A stretch of 64,000 nt of DNA from Verrucomicrobiota bacterium (GTDB lineage Bacteria; Verrucomicrobiota; Verrucomicrobiia; Opitutales; Intestinicryptomonadaceae). Of this stretch, positions 1-8,215 are shown one piece after another. How positions within the stretch are numbered: position 1 is the first letter of the stretch; every line of letters begins with the position of its first letter. The notes under the pieces were generated by a model. That model was not told the origin of the DNA. It saw nothing but the letters and a program-made list of their open reading frames with translations, and did not search any database. The position numbers and the translations under genes were made by a program. Location of the stretch: the NCBI GenBank assembly GCA_003343565.1, contig QALA01000079.1, positions 2,937 to 66,936 on the forward strand, in the 5' to 3' direction.

Positions 1-1086
1 GACGTCTGCGGCTTCGGCGCCGGCGAGCCCGACTTTGACACTCCCGACTTCATCAAGGAAGCGGCCGTCAAGGCCATTAACGAAGGCAAGACGAAATACA
101 TTCCGTCGTCGGGGCTTCCGGCCCTGCGCGAAGCCATCGCGGATTTTTACGTCTCATACAAGGGCGTAAAGGACGTAAAGGCCGACAATATAATTGTCAG
201 TCCCGGCGGAAAGTTCAGTTGTTATCTCGCCATACAAACGCTCGTCAGCCCCGGAGACGAAGTGATCATACCCGCGCCGTATTGGGTGAGTTATCCGGAA
301 ATGGTAAAGCTTGTCGGCGGTGTTCCCGTTTTTGTATCTTCTTCCGACGAAGACGACTTCAAAGTCACTCCCGAAAAGCTGAAAAGCGCCGTCACGCAGA
401 AGACCAAGCTGATTATTCTCAATAGCCCATCGAACCCCACGGGCGCAGTGTATTCCAAAGACGAGCTGACAGACATCGTAAACTTCGCCGTGGCCAACGA
501 CATTCTCATAATGTCCGACGAAATTTACGAACTGCTGACCTACGACGGCGTATCCGCAGTCTCCCCCGCCTCGCTTTCGGAGGACGCCCGCAGGCACGTT
601 GTCGTCGTTTCAGGATTTAGCAAGTCGTATTCCATGACGGGCTGGAGGCTCGGCTTCATGTGCGCGCCAGACGACATCGCAAAGGCCGCCGCAAAAATCC
701 AGACCCAGACCACATCGAACGCCACGACATTCGCCCAGTATGGCGCGCTGGCCGCCTTCACCAACAAGACCGAGGCCGCCAAAGCCGCAAAAGCCATGTT
801 GGATTCTTTCGACCGCCGCAGGCTCCTTCTTCTCGACGGCCTAAATTCAATCGACGGAATATCCTGCCGCCGCGCCCGCGGGGCGTTTTATCTGTTTCCG
901 AACATATCGAGCTTCGGTCTGTCATCGACCGACTTTTGCTCGAAGGCGCTTGAGGAGGAATTAATCGCCGCCGTTCCGGGAGCCGCATTCGGTTCGGATT
1001 CCAACATTCGCTTTAGTTATGCCGTTTCCGACGCCGTAATCGAAAAGGGAATTTCCCGCATGGCCGCATTCTGTTCCCGCCTGTGA
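1..1086 (+). CDS. Class I PLP-dependent aminotransferase (aspartate aminotransferase-like), 5' end cut by window edge
   Basis: Frame 1 is open from base 1 ([33 protein letters not shown]...) and runs into listed ORF 262..1086. NSPSNPTG and the PLP-lysine region [16 protein letters not shown] are typical of the AspAT family. TGA at 1084-1086. Confidence 0.85.
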   Translation, partial: DVCGFGAGEPDFDTPDFIKEAAVKAINEGKTKYIPSSGLPALREAIADFYVSYKGVKDVKADNIIVSPGGKFSCYLAIQTLVSPGDEVIIPAPYWVSYPEMVKLVGGVPVFVSSSDEDDFKVTPEKLKSAVTQKTKLIILNSPSNPTGAVYSKDELTDIVNFAVANDILIMSDEIYELLTYDGVSAVSPASLSEDARRHVVVVSGFSKSYSMTGWRLGFMCAPDDIAKAAAKIQTQTTSNATTFAQYGALAAFTNKTEAAKAAKAMLDSFDRRRLLLLDGLNSIDGISCRRARGAFYLFPNISSFGLSSTDFCSKALEEELIAAVPGAAFGSDSNIRFSYAVSDAVIEKGISRMAAFCSRL

Positions 1087-1164
1087 CTTGGCACAGCACG
1101 GCGGGCGACGGCCCGGACAAGAACAATCTACGCGGTGCAGCCTTCCCCAATCGGCGGCGGAAGC

Positions 1165-1187
1165 AAAACGCATCGAAGCGTTTTTTT
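1165..1187 (+). terminator. Putative intrinsic terminator after the aminotransferase gene
   Basis: aaaacgc-atcgaa-gcgtttt stem-loop running into a T-run (to 1187), about 80 nt after the stop. The stem is AT-rich with only a 3-bp GC core. Confidence 0.45.
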
Positions 1188-1602
1188 CGACTCCAATGCC
1201 TAAAATTTATAACTTCAATCCGGCCGTTCCCGCGGTCGGATTTTTAATTTTTTATTAAATTCTCCAAATTTGCCGCTTTCATCTTCCGCGCGCCTATTTC
1301 CCCGAAGGCGGCCGATACTGTCGAAAGACAAATTTGCGCCGCGAAAATTCCGCCGGGGGAAGAAGTTGCGCGCATACGCGCATTTGCCGCCTAAGAATAG
1401 TTTTCCACAACCGCAGCGTCAATCTTCGCATTGAACAAGCGGCGGCAAAGGCCGCAGATTCGCCCGGAGGCGGAAGCAAAACTTTCCGGCGGCGCGCGCA
1501 TACCGCAAGTTTTGGCCCTGCGCGCCCGCCGGGACCGTTCGCGGCAAATCAAAATGTCGGACAAGAATCAAAATGCGAACGCGCCTCAAACGCGACGGCG
1601 CA

Positions 1603-2496
1603 TCACGAGCCGCAATACTTTCTCAGCCTCGACAAAAACGCCTCCGCAGGTTTGGAGAAAAGGCGGCCTTTTTTCCATGCCAGGCTCATTCCGGATTCGA
1701 GCTTTGGAGCCAGCGGCCTAAAACAAATTTCGCTGTTCGGGCCCGTGTCGGCAAGGCCGTCGAGCCCCACCGCATAGCCGACCCCTTCTGCCGCCATTAC
1801 GGAAGCGTTGTATATCAGATTGTAGGTTGCCGCAAAATTGAATTTGCCAAGTTCAGCGCCGAACCATTCCGCCAAGCCGCCATTCGAGGAAGTGTGTCTG
1901 ACTATCTGGCGCGAGAGAATCAGCGGCACCCCGAATAGGTCCGCTCTCCGTATCGATTTTTTAGCGGCAAGGGGACTGTCTTTGCGCATGATTACGCCCC
2001 ATCTATCCCTGTCCGGAAGGGTTATGCTGTCGTATTTTGAAAGGTCGGCGGGTTGGATAATTAGGCCGAAATCCAAAAGCCCCTTGTCCATTCTCTCCAT
2101 CACGTCGTCGGCGTTTCCGCTGAAGATGTTGCAACATACGCCGGGATACTCCCTTCGGAGTTCGCGCACTACCTTGGCAACCAACCTCATTCCGCGCGTC
2201 TCGCCGCCGCCGATATAAATTTCTCCCCGAATTTCCCCCGCGCTCCGCGAGAGTTCCGAGCGCGCCCTTGCGGCCATTTCAAGAATTTCCTCCGCACGCT
2301 TTCTGAGCAGCATTCCCTCCTCGGTGAGGCTCACGCTGTGGCTTCTGCGGACGAAAAGTTTGCAGCCCAATTCCTCCTCAAGCATTATGATTTGTTTTGA
2401 AAGCGCCGGTTGCGAGACGTGCAGCAAATTCGACGCCCCCGTCACGCTTCCCTCGCTTGCGACCGCAAGAAAATAGCGCAATACCCTCAATTCCAC
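1603..2496 (-). CDS. LysR-family transcriptional regulator
   Basis: N-terminal wHTH MELRVLRYFLAVASEGSVTGASNLLHVSQPALSKQIIMLEEELGCKLFVR followed by a LysR-type substrate-binding domain. Divergent from the gene at 2770. Confidence 0.9.
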   Translation of the reverse strand: MELRVLRYFLAVASEGSVTGASNLLHVSQPALSKQIIMLEEELGCKLFVRRSHSVSLTEEGMLLRKRAEEILEMAARARSELSRSAGEIRGEIYIGGGETRGMRLVAKVVRELRREYPGVCCNIFSGNADDVMERMDKGLLDFGLIIQPADLSKYDSITLPDRDRWGVIMRKDSPLAAKKSIRRADLFGVPLILSRQIVRHTSSNGGLAEWFGAELGKFNFAATYNLIYNASVMAAEGVGYAVGLDGLADTGPNSEICFRPLAPKLESGMSLAWKKGRLFSKPAEAFLSRLRKYCGS

Positions 2497-2769
2497 GGCA
2501 TTTCCTTTTTGCGGGAATAGTCGCCGAAAGTGATATTCCTGTCAAGAATATGATGATATGAATTATAAATATTTGCCATTTCATAAAACCGTGCGATAAT
2601 GAAGAAAACGGAACGGTTCGGCATGCAAAAATAGCGGCGCGCGAAAAACTTTCCGTTTGCGCCGACGCCTAAAACCGCTCAAGCGCGCCGGCTTAGGACG
2701 CGCGCTGCGGCCGGCGGACGCGCATGCTAAAAACCGCGAAACAACAAAAATGCGAACATACAACAGACA

Positions 2770-3855
2770 ATGCGGCACATGAATGCAATATTAAAAACGG
2801 CGGCAAATTTATTCGTTTTCTGGGCGGTCTGGCAGGCGGCCGCGGCCGAAACGAGCAATGCAAACGACAAATCCTACAATGGCATGGAAAATCTGAAATT
2901 AACCGAAGAGTGGGACAAGGTGTTCCCGAAAAGCGACAAGGTAATACACCGCAAAGTCGCCTTTAAAAACCGCTACGGAACGACCCTTGCGGCCGACATG
3001 TACGCGCCGAAGAACGCGTCTGGCAAACTGCCCGCCGTTGCGGTTTCCGGCCCGTTTGGAGCCGTAAAGGAGCAGTCGTCCGGACTGTACGCGCAGACGC
3101 TGGCCGAACGCGGCTTTCTTGCGATAGCCTTCGACCCGTCATACACGGGGGAGAGTTCGGGGCAGCCTCGCCATGTCGCATCGCCCGACATAAACACGGA
3201 GGACTTCTGCGCCGCGGTGGATTTCCTCTCAAACTTGGACGGCGTCGATCCGGATAAAATCGGAATCGTGGGCATATGCGGCTGGGGCGGCATTGCCATT
3301 AACGCGGCGGGCATCGACACGCGAATCAAGGCGACCGTCGCTTCCACAATGTACGACATGAGCCGGGTAAACGCCAACGGCTATTTCGACTCGATGGACG
3401 CCGACAAGCGATACGAGCTAAAAAAGAGCCTCAACGCCCAGCGCACAATCGACTTCAAAAACGGCTCCTACAAGCCCGGCGCCGACCTTCCGGATCCCCT
3501 GCCCGACGACGCCCCGCAGTTTGTGAAAGACTACTACGGCTACTACAAGACCGAACGCGGATACCACAAGCGCTCCATAAATTCCAACGGCGGCTGGAAC
3601 GAGACTTCGGCGCTGGCCTTTATAAACGCTCCGATGCTTGCATACAGCGGCGAAATCCGCAGCGAGGTTCTCCTGATTCACGGGGAAAAGGCGCACTCGC
3701 GCTATTTCAGCGAGGACGCGTTCAAACGCCTCAAGGGAGACAACAAAGAGCTCCTGATTATCCCCGGCGCAAGCCACACTGATCTCTACGACAACCGTGC
3801 GGGAGCGATTCCCTTCGATAAAATCGAGGACTTCCTGCGCAAAAACCTCAAATAA
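2770..3855 (+). CDS. Secreted alpha/beta hydrolase (dienelactone-hydrolase-like, Cys nucleophile elbow)
   Basis: N-terminal signal-like segment (AANLFVFWAVWQAAAAE). Nucleophile elbow reads GIVGICGWGG (G-x-C-x-G instead of G-x-S-x-G). C-terminal IPGASHTDLY supplies the His. 361 aa. Confidence 0.75.
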   Translation: MRHMNAILKTAANLFVFWAVWQAAAAETSNANDKSYNGMENLKLTEEWDKVFPKSDKVIHRKVAFKNRYGTTLAADMYAPKNASGKLPAVAVSGPFGAVKEQSSGLYAQTLAERGFLAIAFDPSYTGESSGQPRHVASPDINTEDFCAAVDFLSNLDGVDPDKIGIVGICGWGGIAINAAGIDTRIKATVASTMYDMSRVNANGYFDSMDADKRYELKKSLNAQRTIDFKNGSYKPGADLPDPLPDDAPQFVKDYYGYYKTERGYHKRSINSNGGWNETSALAFINAPMLAYSGEIRSEVLLIHGEKAHSRYFSEDAFKRLKGDNKELLIIPGASHTDLYDNRAGAIPFDKIEDFLRKNLK

Positions 3856-4029
3856 AAATTGCCAAATCTTACGCCCCGAAACATGCCGGACGCGTTTTGA
3901 AAAAACGGAGATTGCCCCCCCCGCATCGCGCGCGCCGAATGGGAAGCGCGCCGATCGGGTCGCAATCCGCAGGATATGTAAGAGCAAAAAAACGAATTTA
4001 TTTTTAACGCATTAACAAAGGCAAAAAAT

Positions 4030-4785
4030 ATGAATGACACGTTTAAAGGAAAAGTCGCCATAGTGACGGGGGCGACAAGCGGAATAGGCAGGGCGACTGC
4101 GCGGTTGTTCGCCGAAGCGGGAGCCTCGGTCATGCTCGCGGCCAGGCGCGAAAAACTGCTTGAGGAAATAGTCGCTTCCCTGAAGGCCGACGGCCTGGAC
4201 GCCGACTATGCCGTCTGCGACGTCACAGACGAAGCGCAGGTCGAAGCCATGGTTGGCAAAACCGCGCAAAAGTTCGGCAGAATCGACTGCGCCTTCAACA
4301 ACGCCGGAATTATGCCCGACGACATCAAGACGGCGGATCTGCCGTCGGAGGAATTCGACAGAGTTATAAACGCCAACCTGCGCAGCGTATTTTTGTGCAT
4401 GAAGCATGAACTTCGCCAAATGCTCAAAAACGGGGAGGAAGGCGCCGCGATAGTCAACGACTCTTCTATAGGAGGCCTAATCGGAGTGCCCGGACGCGCG
4501 GCATACCACGCGTCGAAACACGGCGTGATAGGGCTTACGAAGTGCGCGGCTCTCGAATACGCGACGAGCAACATCAGAATAAACGCGGTGTGCCCGGCGA
4601 CCATAATGACTCCTCTGGTGGAGCGAATGATGGAAGCCGGCCAGATAACGGGCGTCGCCGAGCCGATAGGCAGAGTCGGAAAGCCGGAGGAAGTCGGGGC
4701 GGCGGTTCTGTGGCTGTGCAGTCCGGCGGCAAGTTTCATAACCGGCCAGGCGATTCCCGTGGACGGCGGATACACCTCGCAATAG
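4030..4785 (+). CDS. Short-chain dehydrogenase/reductase (SDR)
   Basis: [10 protein letters not shown] cofactor motif, NNAG, catalytic [13 protein letters not shown] (YxxxK). 251 aa, typical classical SDR length. Confidence 0.9.
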   Translation: MNDTFKGKVAIVTGATSGIGRATARLFAEAGASVMLAARREKLLEEIVASLKADGLDADYAVCDVTDEAQVEAMVGKTAQKFGRIDCAFNNAGIMPDDIKTADLPSEEFDRVINANLRSVFLCMKHELRQMLKNGEEGAAIVNDSSIGGLIGVPGRAAYHASKHGVIGLTKCAALEYATSNIRINAVCPATIMTPLVERMMEAGQITGVAEPIGRVGKPEEVGAAVLWLCSPAASFITGQAIPVDGGYTSQ

Positions 4786-4796
4786 CAAAAAAGCGT

Positions 4797-5366
4797 ATGG
4801 ACATACTGGAGAGAATGCGCAGGGGCGATCCCATAACCTATGACGACCCCGAATACCCTAAACTTCGCGCCATGATAGAGGAGGCCTTCCAAATAACGGC
4901 CGAGTTGAACTCCCGATACCGCGACCCCGACGAAGTCCGATCAATCATGGAAAGGCTTACCGGCTCGAAGATAGATTCCGGAACCCGGATAGTCCCTCCG
5001 TTCCACACCGATTTCGGCAAATTTACTTCGTTCGGCAAAAACGTGTTTGTCAATTTCGGCTGTACCTTCATGGACCGCGGCGGAATAACAATCGCGGACG
5101 GGGCGTTCATCGGGCCGAACGTGCAGCTCATAACGGAAAACCATCAGGAGCCGCCGAATTTGCGCCAAAACGTGTACTCGCGTCCGATAGCGATAGGGCG
5201 CGGGGTTTGGATAGGCGCGGGAGCGACGATTCTTCCGAATGTGAACGTCGGCGAAAATTCGATCGTCGCCGCGGGAGCTGTCGTGACGAAAGACGTCCCG
5301 CCCAACGCGATTGTGGGCGGGGTTCCGGCAAAAGTCATAAGCTGGGTGCGCGGGCGGGAGGAATAA
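4797..5366 (+). CDS. maa: Maltose/galactoside O-acetyltransferase-type hexapeptide-repeat acetyltransferase
   Basis: Trimmed from listed ORF 4542..5366 to the in-frame ATG at 4797 (MDILERMRRGDPITYDDPEY...), because the upstream part overlaps the SDR. Left-handed beta-helix hexapeptide repeats (IGRGVWIGAGATILPNVNVGENSIVAAGAVV). 189 aa. Confidence 0.8.
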   Translation: MDILERMRRGDPITYDDPEYPKLRAMIEEAFQITAELNSRYRDPDEVRSIMERLTGSKIDSGTRIVPPFHTDFGKFTSFGKNVFVNFGCTFMDRGGITIADGAFIGPNVQLITENHQEPPNLRQNVYSRPIAIGRGVWIGAGATILPNVNVGENSIVAAGAVVTKDVPPNAIVGGVPAKVISWVRGREE

Positions 5367-5377
5367 CGGGAAGTAAA

Positions 5378-5806
5378 ATGGGCCGCGGAAATTTCGTGAA
5401 AATCTCGGCTCTGGCCGCGGGAGTTTCGCTCGCGCAGACCTCGTCCTTTGAACGCCCGCCGTCAAGAGACGCGGACGACATTTTAAAAGGCGTGCGCGAT
5501 ATCCGCGCGCACGCCGCGCCCGACGTCAAAGAACGCTCCGTAGACGAACTCGGCTTTGCTTTTGAATCCAAAGTCGACGGATACCGCGCCGCAATGTTCA
5601 AATCCAATTATTGGAGCTGCCGCGACAGGGCCTATCTGATACGCCGCGCGATTGCGGATTTCGAATGTTTCGGCAGCCTGTGCATGAACGGGTGCGTCGG
5701 AGACAGGGTGAACACCCGCGCCGCGGAACTGGCGGCAAACGCGGCGGAGCTTTTGGGGCTCCGGCCGAAAACTCCAGACGCCGGGCAAAAAGGAGTCCGC
5801 GTTTAA
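5378..5806 (+). CDS. Hypothetical small protein with hydrophobic N-terminal (signal-like) segment
   Basis: In-frame ATG at 5378, 12 nt after the maa stop, preceded by GGGAAG. N-terminus MGRGNFVKISALAAGVSLAQ. No motif recognised. The coding call rests on position and protein-like composition only. Confidence 0.45.
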   Translation: MGRGNFVKISALAAGVSLAQTSSFERPPSRDADDILKGVRDIRAHAAPDVKERSVDELGFAFESKVDGYRAAMFKSNYWSCRDRAYLIRRAIADFECFGSLCMNGCVGDRVNTRAAELAANAAELLGLRPKTPDAGQKGVRV

Positions 5807-5879
5807 TCGTTTTACATTGCGGAATTTTTCAATACGATATATTATATAAACACACGCGTTCACATGGAGAGATTGTTAT

Positions 5880-6526
5880 ATGAAGACAATGGAAAACAAA
5901 GTTGCCCTCGTCACCGGCGCCGCGCGGGGCATAGGCCTTGCGCGCGCGCATGCGACGTCTCCGACGCGAACCAAGTCGAAAAACTGGTACGTTGGATCGC
6001 GGAAAAATTCGGACGTCTCGACGCGGCATTGAACAACGCCGGAGTTCAAACGCCGCAACGGCCAATGGCGGAAATTACCGACGCCGAATTTGACAAGACC
6101 GTCGCCGTGGATTTCAAGGGAGTGTGGAACTGCATGCGCTTCGAAATATTGCAAATGCTCAAGCAGGGAGGCGGCGCGATTGTGAACACGTCGTCGCAAG
6201 GCGGCGTCACGGGATTTCCGGGACAGGCCGCATACATAGCCTGCAAGCACGCCGTAATAGGCCTCACAAGAACTGCCGCGCTCGACTACGCTTCAAAGGG
6301 AATCCGCATAAACGCTGTGTGTCCGGGAGTGATTCTCACGCCGATGGCGGAGGAGCTCATGCGGCGCAATCCCGATCTGGAAGAAAAGCTCGTGCGCGAC
6401 ATTCCCGCCGGAAGGCTGGGCCGCCCGGAGGAAATTGCCGACGCCGTAATCTGGCTGTGCAGTCCGGGCGCAAGCTTTATGGCCGGCCACGCCCTGCTTG
6501 TCGACGGGGGATTCACAATTCGCTAA
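5880..6526 (+). pseudogene. SDR gene disrupted by an internal deletion plus frameshift
   Basis: ATG at 5880 opens MKTMENKVALVTGAARGIGLARA (Rossmann TGxxxGIG) but that frame stops after about 50 codons. The remainder (CDVSDANQVEKLVRWIAEKFGRLDAALNNAG ... YIACKHAV ...) is in another frame (listed ORF 5864..6526). 647 nt is not a multiple of 3. About 35-40 residues between GIGLA and CDVSD are missing relative to the intact SDR at 4030. Confidence 0.7.
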
Positions 6527-6548
6527 AATCGTTATCGAAAAAACGCGC

Positions 6549-7736
6549 ATGAAAACAAAAATAAATCACACGGAAAAATCGGACGCCGCAGTTTCAAACG
6601 CTCTGGGCAGGCGGAAATTTTTGAAATCGGCAATCCTTGCGGGAGCCGCCGGCATCTCGTGCGGAGGCGCGCTCCGGGCGGCGACTCCGCAGCCAAGCTC
6701 CTCCGCGGGCAGTCCGAATTTGGGCTGCGCAATTTCCGGGCGTCGCACGCTCGGATCCGGAAGCGCGGCGATGGAAGTTTCCGAAATCGGCTTTGGCTGC
6801 ATGGGCATGACGCACCACAGGAGCGCGCACCCCGCCAAAAGGGAGTGCATTGCCCTGCTTCGCAACGCGGCCGAGCGCGGCGTCACGCTTTTCGACACCG
6901 CCATAATCTACGGGCCGCTCAACAACGAACAGCTGGCGGGCGAGGCGCTGGAACCCTTCAAGGGGAAAGTGGCATTGACTACAAAGTTCGGCCACGAGGT
7001 CATAAACGGTAAAGGCACGGGCAGACAGGACAGCCGGCCGGAAACGATAAAGCGCTATTGCGACGAATCCCTCAGGCGCCTGAGGGTGGACTGCATAGAG
7101 CTGTTTTACCAGCACCGTTTTGATCCCAAAGTTCCCATTGAGGACGTCGCCGGCGCAATTCAGGACCTAATAAAGGCCGGCAAGGTAAAGCGGTGGGGGC
7201 TTTGCGAAGTCGGTTCCGAGACCATAAGACGGGCCCATTCCGTACAGCCGCTGACGGCCGTGCAGAGCGAGTACCACCTGATGTGGCGAGAGGTTGAAAC
7301 AAACGGGGTACTCGATACCTGCAATGAGCTCGGAATCGGATTCGTGCCGTACAGCCCGATAAACCGCGGTTTCCTCGGCGGAGGCATAAACGAATACACA
7401 AAATTCGATCCCGACAACGACAACCGGCAAACCCTCCCGCGCTTCTCCCCGCAGGCAATACGCGCGAATACGCGCATAGTCGAAGAGCTAAGCAGTTTCG
7501 GCAGAACGCGCGGCATGACTTCCGCACAGGTCGCGCTTGCGTGGCTCTTGTCCAAGTCGCCGTCCGTCGTCCCGATTCCGGGAACGACAAAACTTTCGCA
7601 TCTGGAGGAAAACCTGCGCGCGGCGGATTTTTCGCTCGCGCCGGAAGAATGGACCGAATTGGAAAACGCGGTCGCGGCAATTCCGATTGTAGGCGCGCGC
7701 TACAATGCGGAGCAGCAAAGGCAGGTGGCGCATTAA
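6549..7736 (+). CDS. Aldo/keto reductase with N-terminal twin-arginine (Tat) signal
   Basis: Trimmed to ATG 6549 (MKTKINH...). GRRKFLKSAILAGAAGISCGGALRAA matches S/T-RRxFLK plus a hydrophobic region. The AKR core starts at RRTLGSGSAAMEVSEIGFGCMGM and includes FDTAIIYGP and other AKR-typical segments. Confidence 0.85.
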   Translation: MKTKINHTEKSDAAVSNALGRRKFLKSAILAGAAGISCGGALRAATPQPSSSAGSPNLGCAISGRRTLGSGSAAMEVSEIGFGCMGMTHHRSAHPAKRECIALLRNAAERGVTLFDTAIIYGPLNNEQLAGEALEPFKGKVALTTKFGHEVINGKGTGRQDSRPETIKRYCDESLRRLRVDCIELFYQHRFDPKVPIEDVAGAIQDLIKAGKVKRWGLCEVGSETIRRAHSVQPLTAVQSEYHLMWREVETNGVLDTCNELGIGFVPYSPINRGFLGGGINEYTKFDPDNDNRQTLPRFSPQAIRANTRIVEELSSFGRTRGMTSAQVALAWLLSKSPSVVPIPGTTKLSHLEENLRAADFSLAPEEWTELENAVAAIPIVGARYNAEQQRQVAH

Positions 7737-7829
7737 GCCGCCGCCGCCCTGTCGCGCGCAATCGCGGCGCAGCATGGCAATGCCCTATTCCCGCGGACCG
7801 CGCAAGAACGGCAAATTCTAAACGCGCCG

Positions 7830-8156
7830 ATTCCGACATTCGCCCTGTTTGCAAATTCGATTTTTCCCGCGGCGCATCGCCTCAAATTCCGCAAGGCGCG
7901 CAAAAAAATTCCGCCAACACTCCGCCGAATTTTGGCCCGCGCGCAAATCAATCGGCCCGCATACCTGCGCGTGTGCGCATTCGCTTTCCAATGGCGGAAA
8001 GCCAAACGGCGCGCGCCGAGCGTTTGGATTGGATTGCGCGCGCCGCATAAAAATTGCGCAACTAAGTTCGGATTCTTCCCCTTCGGAAGAGCTTGGTTGC
8101 GAAGTTGCCGCCCGAAGCGCATTGCCGCACGAAATGCCGGCGGCTTCCGCAAACAT
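7830..8156 (-). pseudogene. Decayed inverted fragment of a paralogous Tat-signal aldo/keto reductase (5' part only)
   Basis: Listed ORF 7818..8156 translates AEAAGISCGNALRAATSQPSSSEGE..SCAI..RR, colinear with AKR residues LAGAAGISCGGALRAATPQPSSSAGS..GCAISGRR. By-eye DNA identity is about 80% over the first ~110 nt (revcomp 8040..8150 versus 6640..6750), then decays. The RR motif and the rest of the AKR domain are absent. Confidence 0.5.
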
Positions 8157-8215
8157 TCATGCAAACATGTTGACGGACATTTGCGTAAAGTCCCCAAAAA
8201 AACGGCTGCGATGAA

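Noticed and set aside
7541-8214. Overlapping ORFs 7541..8050(+), 7733..8197(-), 7849..8214(+), 7932..8300(+) in the spacer after the AKR gene
   Set aside because: They are non-protein-like Arg-rich translations. The only meaningful frame is the decayed AKR fragment (7818..8156, minus), which I report as a pseudogene.
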